A stretch of DNA of 52,284 bases from a virus. Lineage: Duplodnaviria > Heunggongvirae > Uroviricota > Caudoviricetes. Shown here piece after piece: positions 51,549-52,284 of the stretch (the stretch's first letter is position 1; every line of letters starts with the position of its first letter). The stretch covers positions 1 through 52,284 of the IMG/VR virus record IMGVR_UViG_3300029610_000357, one strand, 5' to 3'. A model generated the notes under the pieces. That model made no database searches and was not told the DNA's origin. It was given only the letters and a program-made list of their open reading frames with translations. The position numbers and the translations under genes are program-made.

Positions 51549-51915
51549 CCATTATGTTTAATTAGGACGCTACTCCTAACTGAGTTCGACTCCTCAAGGT
51601 TTCCCTATGAGTGCAGACTATATCTTCACCCTTAATAAAAGGGGCTTATTTTTTGGAACCACCAATCGCTTGTGGCCTACTTCCTTACGGAATAGTCGTT
51701 GGACTCCATCTTTCGATAAAAGCTGCTGATTATCCATTAAAAAAGAGCAGGGGATTTAACCTCGCTCTTATACAACCAATTTTTTCAGTTTTCACAACAT
51801 TCACGCCTATACCATTGCAGGTATTACGTTGTAGTTTGGTAGTCTTTAGGACTTCCCAGCAATTAAATAAGTATTTTTTCATACAGCTTACGCTATACGC
51901 AGACTAATAAGGTTA
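51549..51915 (-). ncRNA. group I intron (367 nt, ORF-less)
   Basis: P1 CAGAU/GUCUG with U.G; AAUUGCUGGGAA, AAUCAGCAG, UCCAACGACUA, AAGAUAUAGUCU; terminal G at 51549. Confidence 0.9.
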
Positions 51916-52284
51916 ATCTGTTTATGACGAGCTTCTTCTGAAATCTCTGCAACCTGGCGCATTCCTTCACAAGTACCAATATCAAAGGTGTTAATTTCTG
52001 CCTCTCGGAACCCAATATCTCGTAAATGCTTTTCTTTCCCGGACAGAGTGAATGCACCTTTGGATTTATTATTGTTATTTGTGATAGAAATACCATTTTC
52101 TTTAGCTAATGAGTTAATATTATTGACCAGTTTTGAAACTGTTTCAGATAAGTTTTTGACAACAGCATTGTTCTGTACAGCAGTTGTAACATCAATCGTG
52201 TACGCATCAATAGCTGCGTTAAGATTTGTGATCTGAGCTTGTGACTTAACAATTTGGATTGCAGCAATCATCTTCATTGCATCA
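51916..52284 (-). CDS. gene upstream of terL (putative terminase small subunit), upstream exon, 5'-partial
   Basis: Frame open to the window edge; function inferred from position only. Confidence 0.65.

Noticed and set aside
1..52284. CRISPR array, tRNA, rRNA, DGR, group II intron
   Set aside because: No regularly spaced repeats, cloverleaf or reverse transcriptase noticed by eye; short elements could have been missed

Overview
The window is the virion-morphogenesis and lysis arm of a large, AT-rich tailed phage or prophage. Gene order resembles SPbeta-like siphoviruses, and a low-GC Firmicutes host is inferred from GGAGG RBSs and sigma-A-type promoters. Almost all genes are on the minus strand, in this transcription order: putative terminase small subunit, terminase large subunit, portal, protease/scaffold, decoration protein, major capsid, head-tail and tail genes, tape measure, Dit, Tal, baseplate protein, a 2631-aa tail fibre, holin and amidase endolysin. 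Several genes that look broken in the ORF track are interrupted by six group I introns that I read directly from the sequence (P1 U.G splice site, P7 core, in-frame exon rejoining): 51549-51915, 50483-50795, 48951-49200, 40570-41924, 29115-31370 and 23352-25569. Only one carries a homing endonuclease. The two ~2.2-kb introns in the tape-measure gene (spliced product 3691 aa) instead carry non-endonuclease cargo in peripheral loops closed by 9-bp long-range helices. One holds a lipoprotein plus a zinc-ribbon membrane protein with a putative promoter and terminator. The other holds BRO/antirepressor and Rha-like genes plus two antisense promoter-terminator small-RNA units. Other oddities are an intron that appears to end in A rather than G, an inverted-repeat-flanked antisense cassette encoding an unannotated 30-aa hydrophobic peptide, and terminator-like hairpins between many late genes. 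All structures and protein families were assigned by eye; no searches were run and splicing is inferred, not demonstrated.
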